Positions 1-8,681 of a stretch of 19,631 nt of DNA are shown piece by piece. The notes beneath the pieces were generated by a model. That model saw only the letters and a program-made list of their open reading frames with translations, did not search any database and was not told the origin of the DNA. Each line of letters opens with the position of its first letter. Position 1 is the stretch's first letter. The translations under genes were made by a program, and so were the position numbers. The stretch comes from a virus (taxonomy: Duplodnaviria > Heunggongvirae > Uroviricota > Caudoviricetes): the IMG/VR virus record IMGVR_UViG_2541047837_000004. The stretch is one strand, 5' to 3'.

Positions 1-318
1 ATGATGCAATCTGCGGGCATTGTCGTTAATGATGTTACTGTCACCTGGCGTAACGGGCACACAGCACTGCGCGATGCATCCTTCACAGTACCAAGTGGAT
101 CTATTGCCGCTCTGGTTGGGGTAAACGGTTCCGGAAAATCGACGTTGTTTAAAGCGATTATGGGATTTGTGCGTCTGACCAGCGGAAAGATATCTGTTCT
201 GGGTATTCCCACGCGACAGGCGCTACAGAAAAACCTGGTTGCCTACGTCCCTCAGTCAGAAGAGGTTGACTGGTCATTTCCTGTACTAGTGGAAGATGTG
301 GTGATGATGGGCCGCTAG
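1..318 (+). pseudogene. sitB: Mn/Fe ABC transporter ATP-binding protein SitB-like, 5' fragment (105 codons, then TAG)
   Basis: Translation begins [28 protein letters not shown] and contains Walker [10 protein letters not shown]; it stops after MMGR, whereas ABC ATPases of this family run to about 270 aa. Identity to SitB is from memory of the family. Confidence 0.65.
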
Positions 319-692
319 TCCACCAGCGCATGTGCCACACCATACTGAAATGCGAGACTGAAAAATTGCTGCGCCCACACATCCAGTCGGCTCCCCTCCA
401 TGTCGATATTTTCTGCATATTCCCTGATTTTTTCCGGCGTTTCCTCACTCAATACTGTCGGCTCTGCAAATATGCGCCCAATATTTTGTTTGATGCTTTC
501 TTCATACACAGGAAGTAGCGTAGCCACAGACAGGCGTTTTTTATAAGCGTCTTCATCTTCATTAGGCCATTTGGGGAGATAATTTTCCCCCTGCCTGCGC
601 ATTTCAAGCGTACCGCCCATCAATGCGTCGTTAATATCCCACGCCTCCAGCATATCGTTATAGTCGAGGTTGGGTGTTGATATATCAGCCAT
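315..692 (-). pseudogene. phage head-module protein, putative portal, N-terminal fragment (125 aa)
   Basis: ATG lies 2 nt after the terminase large subunit stop, the usual portal position. The ORF ends at TAG 317-315, overlapping the sitB TAG within CTAG. Portal identity is inferred from position only. Confidence 0.3.
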
Positions 693-694
693 AA

Positions 695-1996
695 TTAAAT
701 CCGAAGTGATGTGACTCTTCCGGTCGGTTTGACAATAGGGAATTGCTTAACGATGAAATAACCTCCGGCATCATTCGGGTGATCATTGCCAGATTTTTTA
801 TCAGGCTCCCCCTTATCATCCCAGACCTGTTGCTCCAGAGATTCGGCATATACCGGACAACGCTTCACATTAACTTTATAGCGACGCTCACCATTGGCAT
901 TGCAGAACATTGCATTCATTGAGTTAACGCGATCTTTTACTGGCGGGTTCGAGCTGTTCACCACAACGTTAAAACCAGCCTGCTTAAGCTGGGCTATATC
1001 CGTCGTACTTGCGTTACTTGATTTTCTGGAATCTCCGGAAGCATCTGGATAAATATAAATCTCCCTCACTTTCCGGTAATCATTCCCGTCATACAGCCAG
1101 AAGCGTTCTTTAATGATGCGGATCATATCCGGCGTATCGTAGGCATTGATGATTTCAGTTACCGCACATGGAAGCCCCAAACGCAGCACATGGACGATCC
1201 CCGCCATCTTTCCAACGTTAAAATCCATCCCAATATAAATCGGCTCCCCTGGCTGCTCCACTTCTTCGCAATTATTCAGTTTCCGGTCAAACTGATGGTA
1301 AACAGTACCACTTGTCAGGTTAGTAAACTGTCCTCGAAGATAGGCTTTAATCAGCTCTGGAGGGTATGATTCAAGAAGCGAAGGAATGTAATCTGCTGGC
1401 AGGTTCTTTTCATTATCGAAAGTAGATGCCTGCACCAGACCATACAGTGAGGCCAGCTCTGTTTTTTCACGCACGGCTTTAACAAACTGCTCGTAGACAA
1501 ATTTGAATCCTTCCGGCGTGGTTGTAACGTCAATACCGTTGCGAAGTCCATCAATCTTATAACGCATACGCGCAATTATCTTGCGCCACGCCGTTCTGGC
1601 TTTTTCCTTCGGCAAAATGTCCAGTTCATCCACCAGCGCATTACCAATTTTGAAACCGACGATCGTTTGTGGCTTCTCCATCGATCTGCAGATAGTGGTT
1701 CCCCGATACTGGCGTCCGTAATAAAAGTGAACCTCTTTATTTCCCTCATTAATTTTTACGTTCAATCCCCAGTCAGCAGCAACTTCTTCCACTGTAGGGT
1801 AAAAAATATCGCGAATTTGGGGATACGTTGGCGCAAAATATCCCTGATTTATACCTGGATGCTCCCAAATCCCCTTGCATATGCCGCCACACCCAACCCA
1901 TGTTTTGCCCGAGCCAAAACCAGCAATATAGGCTTTAAATTTATGGGGCATTGAAAGAAATCGCGCCTGAGGCACATTAAGCGTCGGAGAGATCAT
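695..1996 (-). CDS. phage terminase large subunit (ATPase/nuclease)
   Basis: Walker A motif AGFGSGKT near the N-terminus; about 433 aa. AAGGAG Shine-Dalgarno sits 9 nt upstream of the ATG at 1996; the ORF track start at 2005 is a GTG. Overlaps the small subunit stop by 20 nt. Confidence 0.8.
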   Translation of the reverse strand: MISPTLNVPQARFLSMPHKFKAYIAGFGSGKTWVGCGGICKGIWEHPGINQGYFAPTYPQIRDIFYPTVEEVAADWGLNVKINEGNKEVHFYYGRQYRGTTICRSMEKPQTIVGFKIGNALVDELDILPKEKARTAWRKIIARMRYKIDGLRNGIDVTTTPEGFKFVYEQFVKAVREKTELASLYGLVQASTFDNEKNLPADYIPSLLESYPPELIKAYLRGQFTNLTSGTVYHQFDRKLNNCEEVEQPGEPIYIGMDFNVGKMAGIVHVLRLGLPCAVTEIINAYDTPDMIRIIKERFWLYDGNDYRKVREIYIYPDASGDSRKSSNASTTDIAQLKQAGFNVVVNSSNPPVKDRVNSMNAMFCNANGERRYKVNVKRCPVYAESLEQQVWDDKGEPDKKSGNDHPNDAGGYFIVKQFPIVKPTGRVTSLRI

Positions 1997-3071
1997 CTTC
2001 ATCACTCCTTACTCTGGCATCAACCACATTAATATTGATCGCCACAGGCTGGGGATGTTCATTATCTTCCACCGTTTCGATCTCTTTGCGCAGCTTCTGG
2101 TTTTCCATTCTGCGTCGTTCAATTTCCAGTTCCTGTAGCCGCTTATCTGCACATAAAGCCCCGCCAGCAGAAAGCAAACGCAACAATTCACGCCGGGCGG
2201 CAGCCTTATCCTCCAGCAGGATCTCAACGCCGAATTTTCCGAGTTTTGCCCCTGCATATAATTGCCGCGCATCCCCATCAAGCAGAGTGGTATCAGCCAT
2301 ATAAAGCTGTCCCGTTCCCTCACCGCAGCACTTCGGGCAGTCCGGATTGGGTATGGCGTTATCAACAAAGCCGAGGCCTCCATATTCCGGTTCGGGTTTG
2401 CCATCTCTGGAAGCCTGCGCCGCTGCCTTGTCGAATTCTGCTATATCGCGCCACTGGTAGAGATGATTCTCGCCCCAGCAATAACGGCAGTTAACACGGC
2501 GAAATTGTGCAAGCTGATTGGGGTCGGCCAGGACAATAGCCATCAACTGACTCACTAGTAAATCCAGGTCTGCGGTATAGCGTTTCTGATACTGATTGCG
2601 GAAGTAGCTGATAGCGCGAAAAACCCTGGCATTTCTAAGCATACGACTGGCGTTGCTGTTAGCTGTCGCACCTTGCCCCTCATAACCGGCTAGTCGGTAC
2701 GCCTCTGTCGGCTTTTTACCCTGAGCAACAAGCATCGCAAACTTAGCCTGCTGGTCAGAAATGCCGAATTCATCGGGACAGAACGAAAATTCCTCCGCGT
2801 CGCCCTCATTCAGGCCCGCATCGAATACTGGCTTTTTTTCCTGAGATTTTTCGTTCCGCTTTTGTGCAGTCTGCGCAGATTTTTTCTGCGCACTTTTTTG
2901 CGCAGTTTTGCACATTTCTGTCTGCGCATTTTTCGGAGTTTTTTTGATGTAACGACGGGCTGTTGCGTAATTCAGTCCCCTTGCTTCACACCATGCCACC
3001 GGAGATATACCGGAGCGGGTGTATTCAGCAATATACTCCTGCTGCAACGCCCCCCAGTCCGGTCTGCTCAT
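1977..3071 (-). CDS. phage terminase small subunit (HTH N-domain, Cys-rich zinc-ribbon-like region)
   Basis: 364 aa immediately upstream of and overlapping the large subunit gene. N-terminal HTH-like segment, central segment typical of small terminase subunits (AKFAMLVAQGKKPTEAYRLAGYEG), and CRYCWGENH...CPKCCGEG cysteine cluster. AGGA Shine-Dalgarno upstream. Confidence 0.65.
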   Translation of the reverse strand: MSRPDWGALQQEYIAEYTRSGISPVAWCEARGLNYATARRYIKKTPKNAQTEMCKTAQKSAQKKSAQTAQKRNEKSQEKKPVFDAGLNEGDAEEFSFCPDEFGISDQQAKFAMLVAQGKKPTEAYRLAGYEGQGATANSNASRMLRNARVFRAISYFRNQYQKRYTADLDLLVSQLMAIVLADPNQLAQFRRVNCRYCWGENHLYQWRDIAEFDKAAAQASRDGKPEPEYGGLGFVDNAIPNPDCPKCCGEGTGQLYMADTTLLDGDARQLYAGAKLGKFGVEILLEDKAAARRELLRLLSAGGALCADKRLQELEIERRRMENQKLRKEIETVEDNEHPQPVAININVVDARVRSDEDDLSDA

Positions 3072-3074
3072 CAG

Positions 3075-3326
3075 TTAGTCCTGATTTTTATCCACCCTGA
3101 GTAGTTCGCGCAGAGCAAAGGCATCCCCTTTTCTGGCAAGCTTAAACAATGCCGCTCGTAACTCGGCTTCACCTTTCGCTCTGCCCTTACGGATGGCCGC
3201 ATAAAAATCTGTCATTGCTTCCCGATTTTCTTTCAGTCGGTTCAGATCAACATCCAGAACGTCAGCGATTTGTTGTGCAGTCATCCGGCACGCTGCCAGA
3301 GACTCGACTTTCGAATACGGAATCAT
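3075..3326 (-). CDS. small HTH-like protein (83 aa), function unknown
   Basis: ORF with GGGGGTGA Shine-Dalgarno 6 nt upstream of ATG 3326. Stop TAA lies 3 nt before the terS ATG. HTH-like segment MTAQQIADVLDVD. Overlaps the 3' end of the upstream gene by 65 nt. Confidence 0.4.
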   Translation of the reverse strand: MIPYSKVESLAACRMTAQQIADVLDVDLNRLKENREAMTDFYAAIRKGRAKGEAELRAALFKLARKGDAFALRELLRVDKNQD

Positions 3327-4194
3327 TTGTCACCCCCATTGATATGCAGGGTGTCTTCTTCCTGTATTTTTCGTGAAGGATTTTTACTGCAGCGTTGTTC
3401 CAGGTGACCTGATGGTGAATGCGTTTATGGCTGGCACCCATCAGTGAGATTTTTACGCACGACGGCGCATACATGACGGAGTAAAAACTTTTAACGTAGG
3501 TTCCGGAATCCAGATACAGCTCGGTCATTCCGCCGCTGTTTTTCTGCGTCTGTTTCTGCCCTAACTGGACAGCACCGATCGTCATAAACAATTCACCACA
3601 GCGACCGAGATTCGTGTACGTATTCACATCCTCGTTAATGCGCCCCATGAATGAGAACGGTCGATCAACCGAACAGATAAAGCTGTTCATTGCCTTGCGT
3701 TTCACCCACGAAGCATGGCCGCCATTGTCACCAAGAAAATCCCCGCCCTGCGACATAGCGATGGAAAGAGCAGGTATTGATTCGTAGTACGCCAGCATTT
3801 CAGAAAGGATCGCATCCAGTTTCCTTATCGGAAAATAGGCCTGGTCATAGTTGCGATCCACCCGAAACTGGAACTCGTGATAATCATCATCGAGCTGAAT
3901 GAAGTATTTACACCCGACCAGTTTTGCCAGGTCGAAACAGGCATTACGGGCGTAAAAAATTGAGCGGCGGTCACAGAAATTATCGGCTTCGTCAAAACGA
4001 CTGGCGATATCGGCTTTGGAAAACACCAGCACCTGTTCACCAAATTCAGCCATGTACTGATGCCGTGTCTTATCTTCATCATCAACAACGATAAAAATTT
4101 TCCCGGTATAGCCAGCACGACGCAACGTCCGGTAAGTCAGAACTTTGTCCGGTCGCCCGTGAGTCAGAATAAAGGCGCAAAAATCATCACGCAT
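3262..4194 (-). CDS. GT-A fold (GT2-like) glycosyltransferase-like protein, soluble
   Basis: Motifs FILTHGRPD and KIFIVVDDEDKT resemble the GT2 pattern (IIPTYNR ... EIIVVDDGS), followed by a DxD-like YFIQLDDDY. No obvious transmembrane segments. AGGAGGAGG Shine-Dalgarno before ATG 4194, which overlaps the ParB-like gene stop by 8 nt. Confidence 0.5.
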   Translation of the reverse strand: MRDDFCAFILTHGRPDKVLTYRTLRRAGYTGKIFIVVDDEDKTRHQYMAEFGEQVLVFSKADIASRFDEADNFCDRRSIFYARNACFDLAKLVGCKYFIQLDDDYHEFQFRVDRNYDQAYFPIRKLDAILSEMLAYYESIPALSIAMSQGGDFLGDNGGHASWVKRKAMNSFICSVDRPFSFMGRINEDVNTYTNLGRCGELFMTIGAVQLGQKQTQKNSGGMTELYLDSGTYVKSFYSVMYAPSCVKISLMGASHKRIHHQVTWNNAAVKILHEKYRKKTPCISMGVTNDSVFESRVSGSVPDDCTTNR

Positions 4195-4978
4195 ATTCCT
4201 CCTCCTCACCACCATGCATGATCTCCACCATGCGCTGCGTCATCCGGACAAATCCATTTTCAATAGCCTGCTGATAATCAATGATCACCAGCGCCGACTC
4301 CTCGAAAAAACACTGAATTTCAGCGGGGGCGTGAGCGTAATAGTCCGCAATTCTGCTGAAATTAAACACCGTGTGACGTTCTGCCGCACACAGGAGGAAT
4401 TTCTCAATATCAGGCTCAAGGGACGCCGAACGTATCCGGCTGATCAGCTCCTGAGTTTTCGTATCGTCGTACAGTTCACTGATATCCGGTTTACCGCCCG
4501 ACGGCTCATAAACAGGCGTATCAATTTTCGTCGTATACGGCTCCTCCTCATTTCCTGTACCGGGCAAAACATCCGTCAACAGTTCATCAATTTCTGTCGG
4601 GATGAAGCCTGTCAGGGAGACATCAAAATCAGCATTGATTAGGTCCGACAGCTCCATCCGCAACAGATCTTCATCCCAGCCAGCATTCATCGGCAGGCGA
4701 TTATCTGCCAGGCGGTACGCCTTTTTCTGCTCATCCGTCAGGCCAGACAGAACAATGACCGGAACAGAATCCATTTTGAGCATTTCAGCCGCCATAACAC
4801 GACCGTGACCCGCAATAATTTCGCCCTTTTCGTCAATCAGCACCGGATTAGTCCAGCCGAATTGCTTAATACTTTCTACCAGTTGTGCCACCTGCTCAGT
4901 ACTGTGCGTCCTGGCGTTGTGCGCATACGGTGACAATTCTTGTAATGGGCGATAGACTATCTTTAATTTCTCGCTCAT
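4187..4978 (-). CDS. ParB-like nuclease domain protein
   Basis: N-terminal ParB/Srx-like motifs (YAHNARTHS, VLIDEKGEIIAGHGRVMAA, VPVIVL); acidic C-terminus; 263 aa. Confidence 0.75.
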   Translation of the reverse strand: MSEKLKIVYRPLQELSPYAHNARTHSTEQVAQLVESIKQFGWTNPVLIDEKGEIIAGHGRVMAAEMLKMDSVPVIVLSGLTDEQKKAYRLADNRLPMNAGWDEDLLRMELSDLINADFDVSLTGFIPTEIDELLTDVLPGTGNEEEPYTTKIDTPVYEPSGGKPDISELYDDTKTQELISRIRSASLEPDIEKFLLCAAERHTVFNFSRIADYYAHAPAEIQCFFEESALVIIDYQQAIENGFVRMTQRMVEIMHGGEEEEYA

Positions 4979-5115
4979 ACAGCCTTGCTTTATGAATAAA
5001 ACGCACCCCAGCAGCCAGTGCTACTGGGGACTGAGGTGTTGCTGGTAAAGTTAGGTATTGGATCAATGAGTGAGTCAACATAATATTAAACTCACAATTA
5101 TAAATCAGCCATATA

Positions 5116-6573
5116 TTAGGAGCGCCAAAAAAAACCTGAAAACAATATAATAACAGGATAAATTTCAAGGCGACCAAGAATCATAGCTATGCACATTAAA
5201 CATTTTGCAATGTCATTAAGCACTCCGAATGACGATGCAGTAGCCCCAAAACCTAATCCCATATTATTAATACATGCAGCCACTGTTGCAAATGATGTAA
5301 GAAAATCATATCCCATACCATTTAACACCAGTATAAAAAACACCGTGAAGAGAGTATAAAGAAAAAAGAAACTCCATACAGACCTCATTACACGATCTGT
5401 AACTATCTTCCCTCCTACATTTACACTCAACAACGCTCTGGGATGAGAAAGCTGATTTATCTCGTGTTTGCTTTGTTTGAAAAGTATAAGAAATCGAAGT
5501 GACTTAATTCCACCACAAGTTGAACCTATACATCCCCCAAAGAAACTTGACAACAGCAAAAACACTATCGTGTGCGTGGGCCAACTTACATAATCCTGCG
5601 TAGCTAGACCATTATCAGTGAGCATGGAGCTGGCAAGAAAAAACGAATGAATAAAACTTCCATGCAAGTCATACATACCTATATGCCAGACCTGGAAAGA
5701 GGTAACAATGATCACCCCTAAGGCTATTAACAGAAAGAAACGAAGTTCAATATCTCTGATTAAAGGTTTTATCGTTTTCCTGCTAATAACAATATACCAA
5801 AGAGTGAAGTTGAAAGCCGATAGCAGGGAAAAAGAACCAGCCACCAGCTCAACCAAATAGTTATTAAAATATCCGATACTCTCGCTATGAGTTGAGAAAC
5901 CACCAAGCGAAACTGTGGAAATCCCGTGACAAATAGCATCAAACAAAGACATTCCTGCAAGTCTATAACAGACAATACAAGCAATACCTAATAAAGAATA
6001 AGTTATCCACAGTGTCCGTGACGTATCGGCCAGGCGGGGAGTGAGTTTGTCATCCTTAAATGGCCCCGGCATTTCTGACTGATAAAGCTTTGCACCACCA
6101 ATACCCAATAATGGCAATACAGCAACCGCCAGAACAATAACTCCTAAACCACCTATAAAATTTAACTGTGACCGATAGTACAAATATGCCCGAGGTAATG
6201 AACTAACATCATCAATTACAGTTGCTCCTGTTGTTGTTATTCCAGAAACCCCTTCAAACAGAGCATCAATGAACGTTAAATTAAGTTCTGAGTCAATCCA
6301 TAAAGGGAATGCACTAATAACAGAAAACAAAATCCAAAACATTACAATTATAATAAACCCATCACGGGTACGTAATTGAATGCCAGATTTCTTAGTTGTA
6401 TACCACGCTCCGCCACCAATGCAAAAAAATATAACGAAAGTTATAAAGAAAACGAACAGGCTTTTTTCTTTATAAAACAATGCTACAACCATTGGTGGCA
6501 ACATTGAAAGACTATAGAGCCAAACCAGGAACCCACACATATGAGTAACAACTCTTACATGAGATGTATTCAT
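5116..6573 (-). CDS. trkG: Trk system potassium uptake protein TrkG
   Basis: Polytopic membrane protein of about 485 aa from MNTSHVRVV, with repeated GGxG-type selectivity-like segments. The gene is markedly AT-rich relative to its flanks. Matches recalled Rac prophage TrkG. Confidence 0.9.
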   Translation of the reverse strand: MNTSHVRVVTHMCGFLVWLYSLSMLPPMVVALFYKEKSLFVFFITFVIFFCIGGGAWYTTKKSGIQLRTRDGFIIIVMFWILFSVISAFPLWIDSELNLTFIDALFEGVSGITTTGATVIDDVSSLPRAYLYYRSQLNFIGGLGVIVLAVAVLPLLGIGGAKLYQSEMPGPFKDDKLTPRLADTSRTLWITYSLLGIACIVCYRLAGMSLFDAICHGISTVSLGGFSTHSESIGYFNNYLVELVAGSFSLLSAFNFTLWYIVISRKTIKPLIRDIELRFFLLIALGVIIVTSFQVWHIGMYDLHGSFIHSFFLASSMLTDNGLATQDYVSWPTHTIVFLLLSSFFGGCIGSTCGGIKSLRFLILFKQSKHEINQLSHPRALLSVNVGGKIVTDRVMRSVWSFFFLYTLFTVFFILVLNGMGYDFLTSFATVAACINNMGLGFGATASSFGVLNDIAKCLMCIAMILGRLEIYPVIILFSGFFWRS

Positions 6574-6710
6574 ATCTAAATATTCTTTCAATTATAACCA
6601 CCTTGCTGCAATATTATGATTATACTGTATAAAATTTAACTCCTCTTAGATCTTACTTCACTGTTCCTTATGAAACAATCATCAAAATGAATCATATTGT
6701 AGTTAAGATT

Positions 6711-7175
6711 TTACTTTAAACACTGCTCGGTTATGTATTGCTGAGCACCTTCAAGTTGGGCCTGCATCATTACCAGTCGTTCCCGGAGGGTGAAATAATC
6801 CCGTTCAGCGGTGTCTGCCAGTCGGGGGGAGGCTGCATTATCCACGCCGGAGGCGGTGGTGGCTTCACGCACTGACTGATAGACTGCTTTGATGTGCAAC
6901 CGACGACGACCAGCGGCAACATCATCACGCAGAGCATCATTTTCAGCTTTCGCATCAGCTAACTCCTTCGTGTATTTTGCATCGAGCGCAGCAACATCAC
7001 GCTGACGCATCTGCATGTCAGTAATTGCCGCGTTCGCCAGCTTCAGTTCTCTGGCATTTTTGTCGCGCTGGGCTTTGTAGGTAATGGCGTTATCACGGTA
7101 ATGATTAACAGCCCATGACAGGCAGACGATGATGCAGATAACCAGAGCGGAGATAATCGCGGTTACTCTGTTCAT
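6711..7175 (-). CDS. rzpR: i-spanin Rz
   Basis: [38 protein letters not shown] closely resembles lambda Rz as recalled. ATG overlaps the endolysin stop (ATGA). Confidence 0.85.
   Translation of the reverse strand: MNRVTAIISALVICIIVCLSWAVNHYRDNAITYKAQRDKNARELKLANAAITDMQMRQRDVAALDAKYTKELADAKAENDALRDDVAAGRRRLHIKAVYQSVREATTASGVDNAASPRLADTAERDYFTLRERLVMMQAQLEGAQQYITEQCLK
6770..6955 (-). CDS. rzoR: o-spanin Rz1 lipoprotein (embedded in Rz, +1 frame)
   Basis: 61 aa, lipobox VVGC, proline-rich [16 protein letters not shown], lying wholly inside the Rz ORF in another frame. Confidence 0.8.
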   Translation of the reverse strand: MRKLKMMLCVMMLPLVVVGCTSKQSISQCVKPPPPPAWIMQPPPDWQTPLNGIISPSGNDW

Positions 7176-7669
7176 TGCTGACCCCACAAACAGATTTCAC
7201 GCTCAATCTCACGACGAGTCATGAGACCTTTCCATTGCTTACCGCCAGCATATGTCCAGCGACGTAGCTGATCACATGCGCCTTTGATATCGCCCTGGTT
7301 TATTTTGCGAAGAAGCGTCGATGTTCTGAAATTGCCAGCACCCACGTTGTAAACGAATGAGTAAAGAGCGCCGCGCGTTGTTTCCGGTATATCGACTTTG
7401 ATGTACGGGTTAATTTGTCTGGCGACAGTGGCAAGGTCTTTATTCAAGAGTGTTTTGCATTCTGCTTTGGTATACGTTTTACCGAGCATGATGTCTTTTC
7501 CTGTATGCCCGTGACATACAGTCCATACACCAACAATATCTTTGTATGGTATGTAGCTGACACCTTCCAGACCATCGTTACCACTTGGGCCAGTGATTAA
7601 CACTGATGCTATAGCAATTGCTCCGCCACCAATAGCAGCAGCAACGACTTTTCGTAATGATGGAGGCAT
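7172..7669 (-). CDS. SAR endolysin (P21 R-like lysozyme)
   Basis: 165 aa with a Gly/Ala-rich N-terminal signal-anchor-release segment ([21 protein letters not shown]) and a lysozyme-like body; closely resembles phage 21 endolysin as recalled. Confidence 0.9.
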   Translation of the reverse strand: MPPSLRKVVAAAIGGGAIAIASVLITGPSGNDGLEGVSYIPYKDIVGVWTVCHGHTGKDIMLGKTYTKAECKTLLNKDLATVARQINPYIKVDIPETTRGALYSFVYNVGAGNFRTSTLLRKINQGDIKGACDQLRRWTYAGGKQWKGLMTRREIEREICLWGQQ

Positions 7670-7884
7670 TATTCACCTCTCGCAGCCTTGCGCTTATCTT
7701 CTTTAATCTTGAAATAAAGGTTTGTCAGGTACGTCAGCAGGCCAAATACCAGACTACCCAGCACACCGATTGCAGCCCACTGTGACGGAGTTACTCTATC
7801 GAGCAACTGTAAAAACCAGTAGCCAGCACTGCCTGCGGAGGTGCCGTAGGCAATGCCTGTTGAAATTTTGTCCATGGATTTCAT
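7669..7884 (-). CDS. pinholin (S21-like) with dual-start motif
   Basis: [26 protein letters not shown]...: Met-Lys-Ser-Met dual start (ATG at 7884 and 7875) with GGAGGTGA Shine-Dalgarno; two transmembrane segments; 71/68 aa. Stop overlaps the endolysin ATG. Confidence 0.85.
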   Translation of the reverse strand: MKSMDKISTGIAYGTSAGSAGYWFLQLLDRVTPSQWAAIGVLGSLVFGLLTYLTNLYFKIKEDKRKAARGE

Positions 7885-7980
7885 AGCCTCACCTCCGCAC
7901 GGAACGGATGGCATAGTTATTATGTGTAGGCTTTCAGACACATCAATCAGAGCCTTAATTGATATATATGCTGGAGACGA

Positions 7981-8010
7981 TGCAATATAAAAAGCTCGCC
8001 GTAGCGAGCT
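7981..8010 (-). terminator. intrinsic terminator downstream of lipoprotein gene 1
   Basis: Hairpin AGCTCGC-cgta-GCGAGCT at 7993-8010, followed on the minus strand by UUUUAUAUU. Confidence 0.45.
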
Positions 8011-8135
8011 AATAAAATGTATTTCTCTGATATTATATTTATTTGTATTAGCTCAGACTTGACATCACAGGTTTCGTATATAGAACATCATCAAATCTGT
8101 CAGTTTGCTATGAATGAGATATAGTAATTGAAGAG

Positions 8136-8531
8136 CTAACCTCGCATGTCAAAGCCAGATTTCTGAAAATCTCTGTAGACTTCCGGATTGTTGAAGGCCG
8201 GAAATTTGGCTTTATGAGCTGCGGACTTTATCGCTTCGCAATAGGCTTTATCACCGTTACTGGTAGATATTTTTAACGCCGTGCCATCCTGAGAGAATTC
8301 CATATGCAACCTGCATTTTTTCCCTTTCCAGTTATGCGGCTCATCAAGTTTGGCATTAATTGCAGCTCTGATTCCCCGCGCTTGCGCCCCCCATTCATCC
8401 TGATCATCCCAGCGTCCTGAACTGCAACTACCTGTAGCAGTAGTTTTGTGGCAATCTGAAGGGTGTAAAGGTGTGCATCCCGTAACAAAACCGACCCAAA
8501 AAGTCAACATAACGATTTTCTTTAATCCCAC
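8136..8531 (-). CDS. lipoprotein with TolA domain III-like C-terminal domain
   Basis: GTG start with GAGGAG Shine-Dalgarno; signal peptide MGLKKIVMLTFWVGFVTGC with lipobox and Thr at +2. C-terminus KKCRLHMEFSQDGTALKISTSNGDKAYCEAIKSAAHKAKFPAFNNPEVYRDFQ parallels the TolA C-terminal domain as recalled. Confidence 0.65.
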   Translation of the reverse strand: MGLKKIVMLTFWVGFVTGCTPLHPSDCHKTTATGSCSSGRWDDQDEWGAQARGIRAAINAKLDEPHNWKGKKCRLHMEFSQDGTALKISTSNGDKAYCEAIKSAAHKAKFPAFNNPEVYRDFQKSGFDMRG

Positions 8532-8681
8532 TTCTTGCTCCTCAATCCATTAAAATCTCAGCAATAGTAGTTGTTACGTCCGCCACTGGCTCAGAGCTGA
8601 CTATCCGCTAAATTTAGCTCAGTGCCGTAGCTGTGTCAGAACAAACCTAAGCCGAAACCGTTTATTACAAAACAATAAATA

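Noticed and set aside
158-518. ORFs 158-448 (minus) and 330-518 (plus) overlapping the sitB fragment and the portal-like ORF
   Set aside because: They lie antisense to or out of frame with ORFs that have clear family signatures, and show no Shine-Dalgarno or recognisable motifs. Most likely spurious.
1351-3104. Several 60-130 aa ORFs on both strands inside the terminase genes (1351-1575, 1667-1954, 2009-2404, 2035-2304, 2246-2558, 2862-3104)
   Set aside because: Fully nested in or antisense to terminase ORFs that carry Walker A and small-subunit motifs; low-complexity translations.
7990-8640. tRNA-like D-arm motifs (TAGCTCAG at about 8047 and 8616; GCCGTAGC repeats), by analogy with tRNA genes found downstream of Q in some lambdoid phages
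   Set aside because: No matching T-arm (GTTCGAATC-like) or acceptor-stem pairing was found nearby, so there is no complete cloverleaf. Probably chance, or at most a degenerate remnant.
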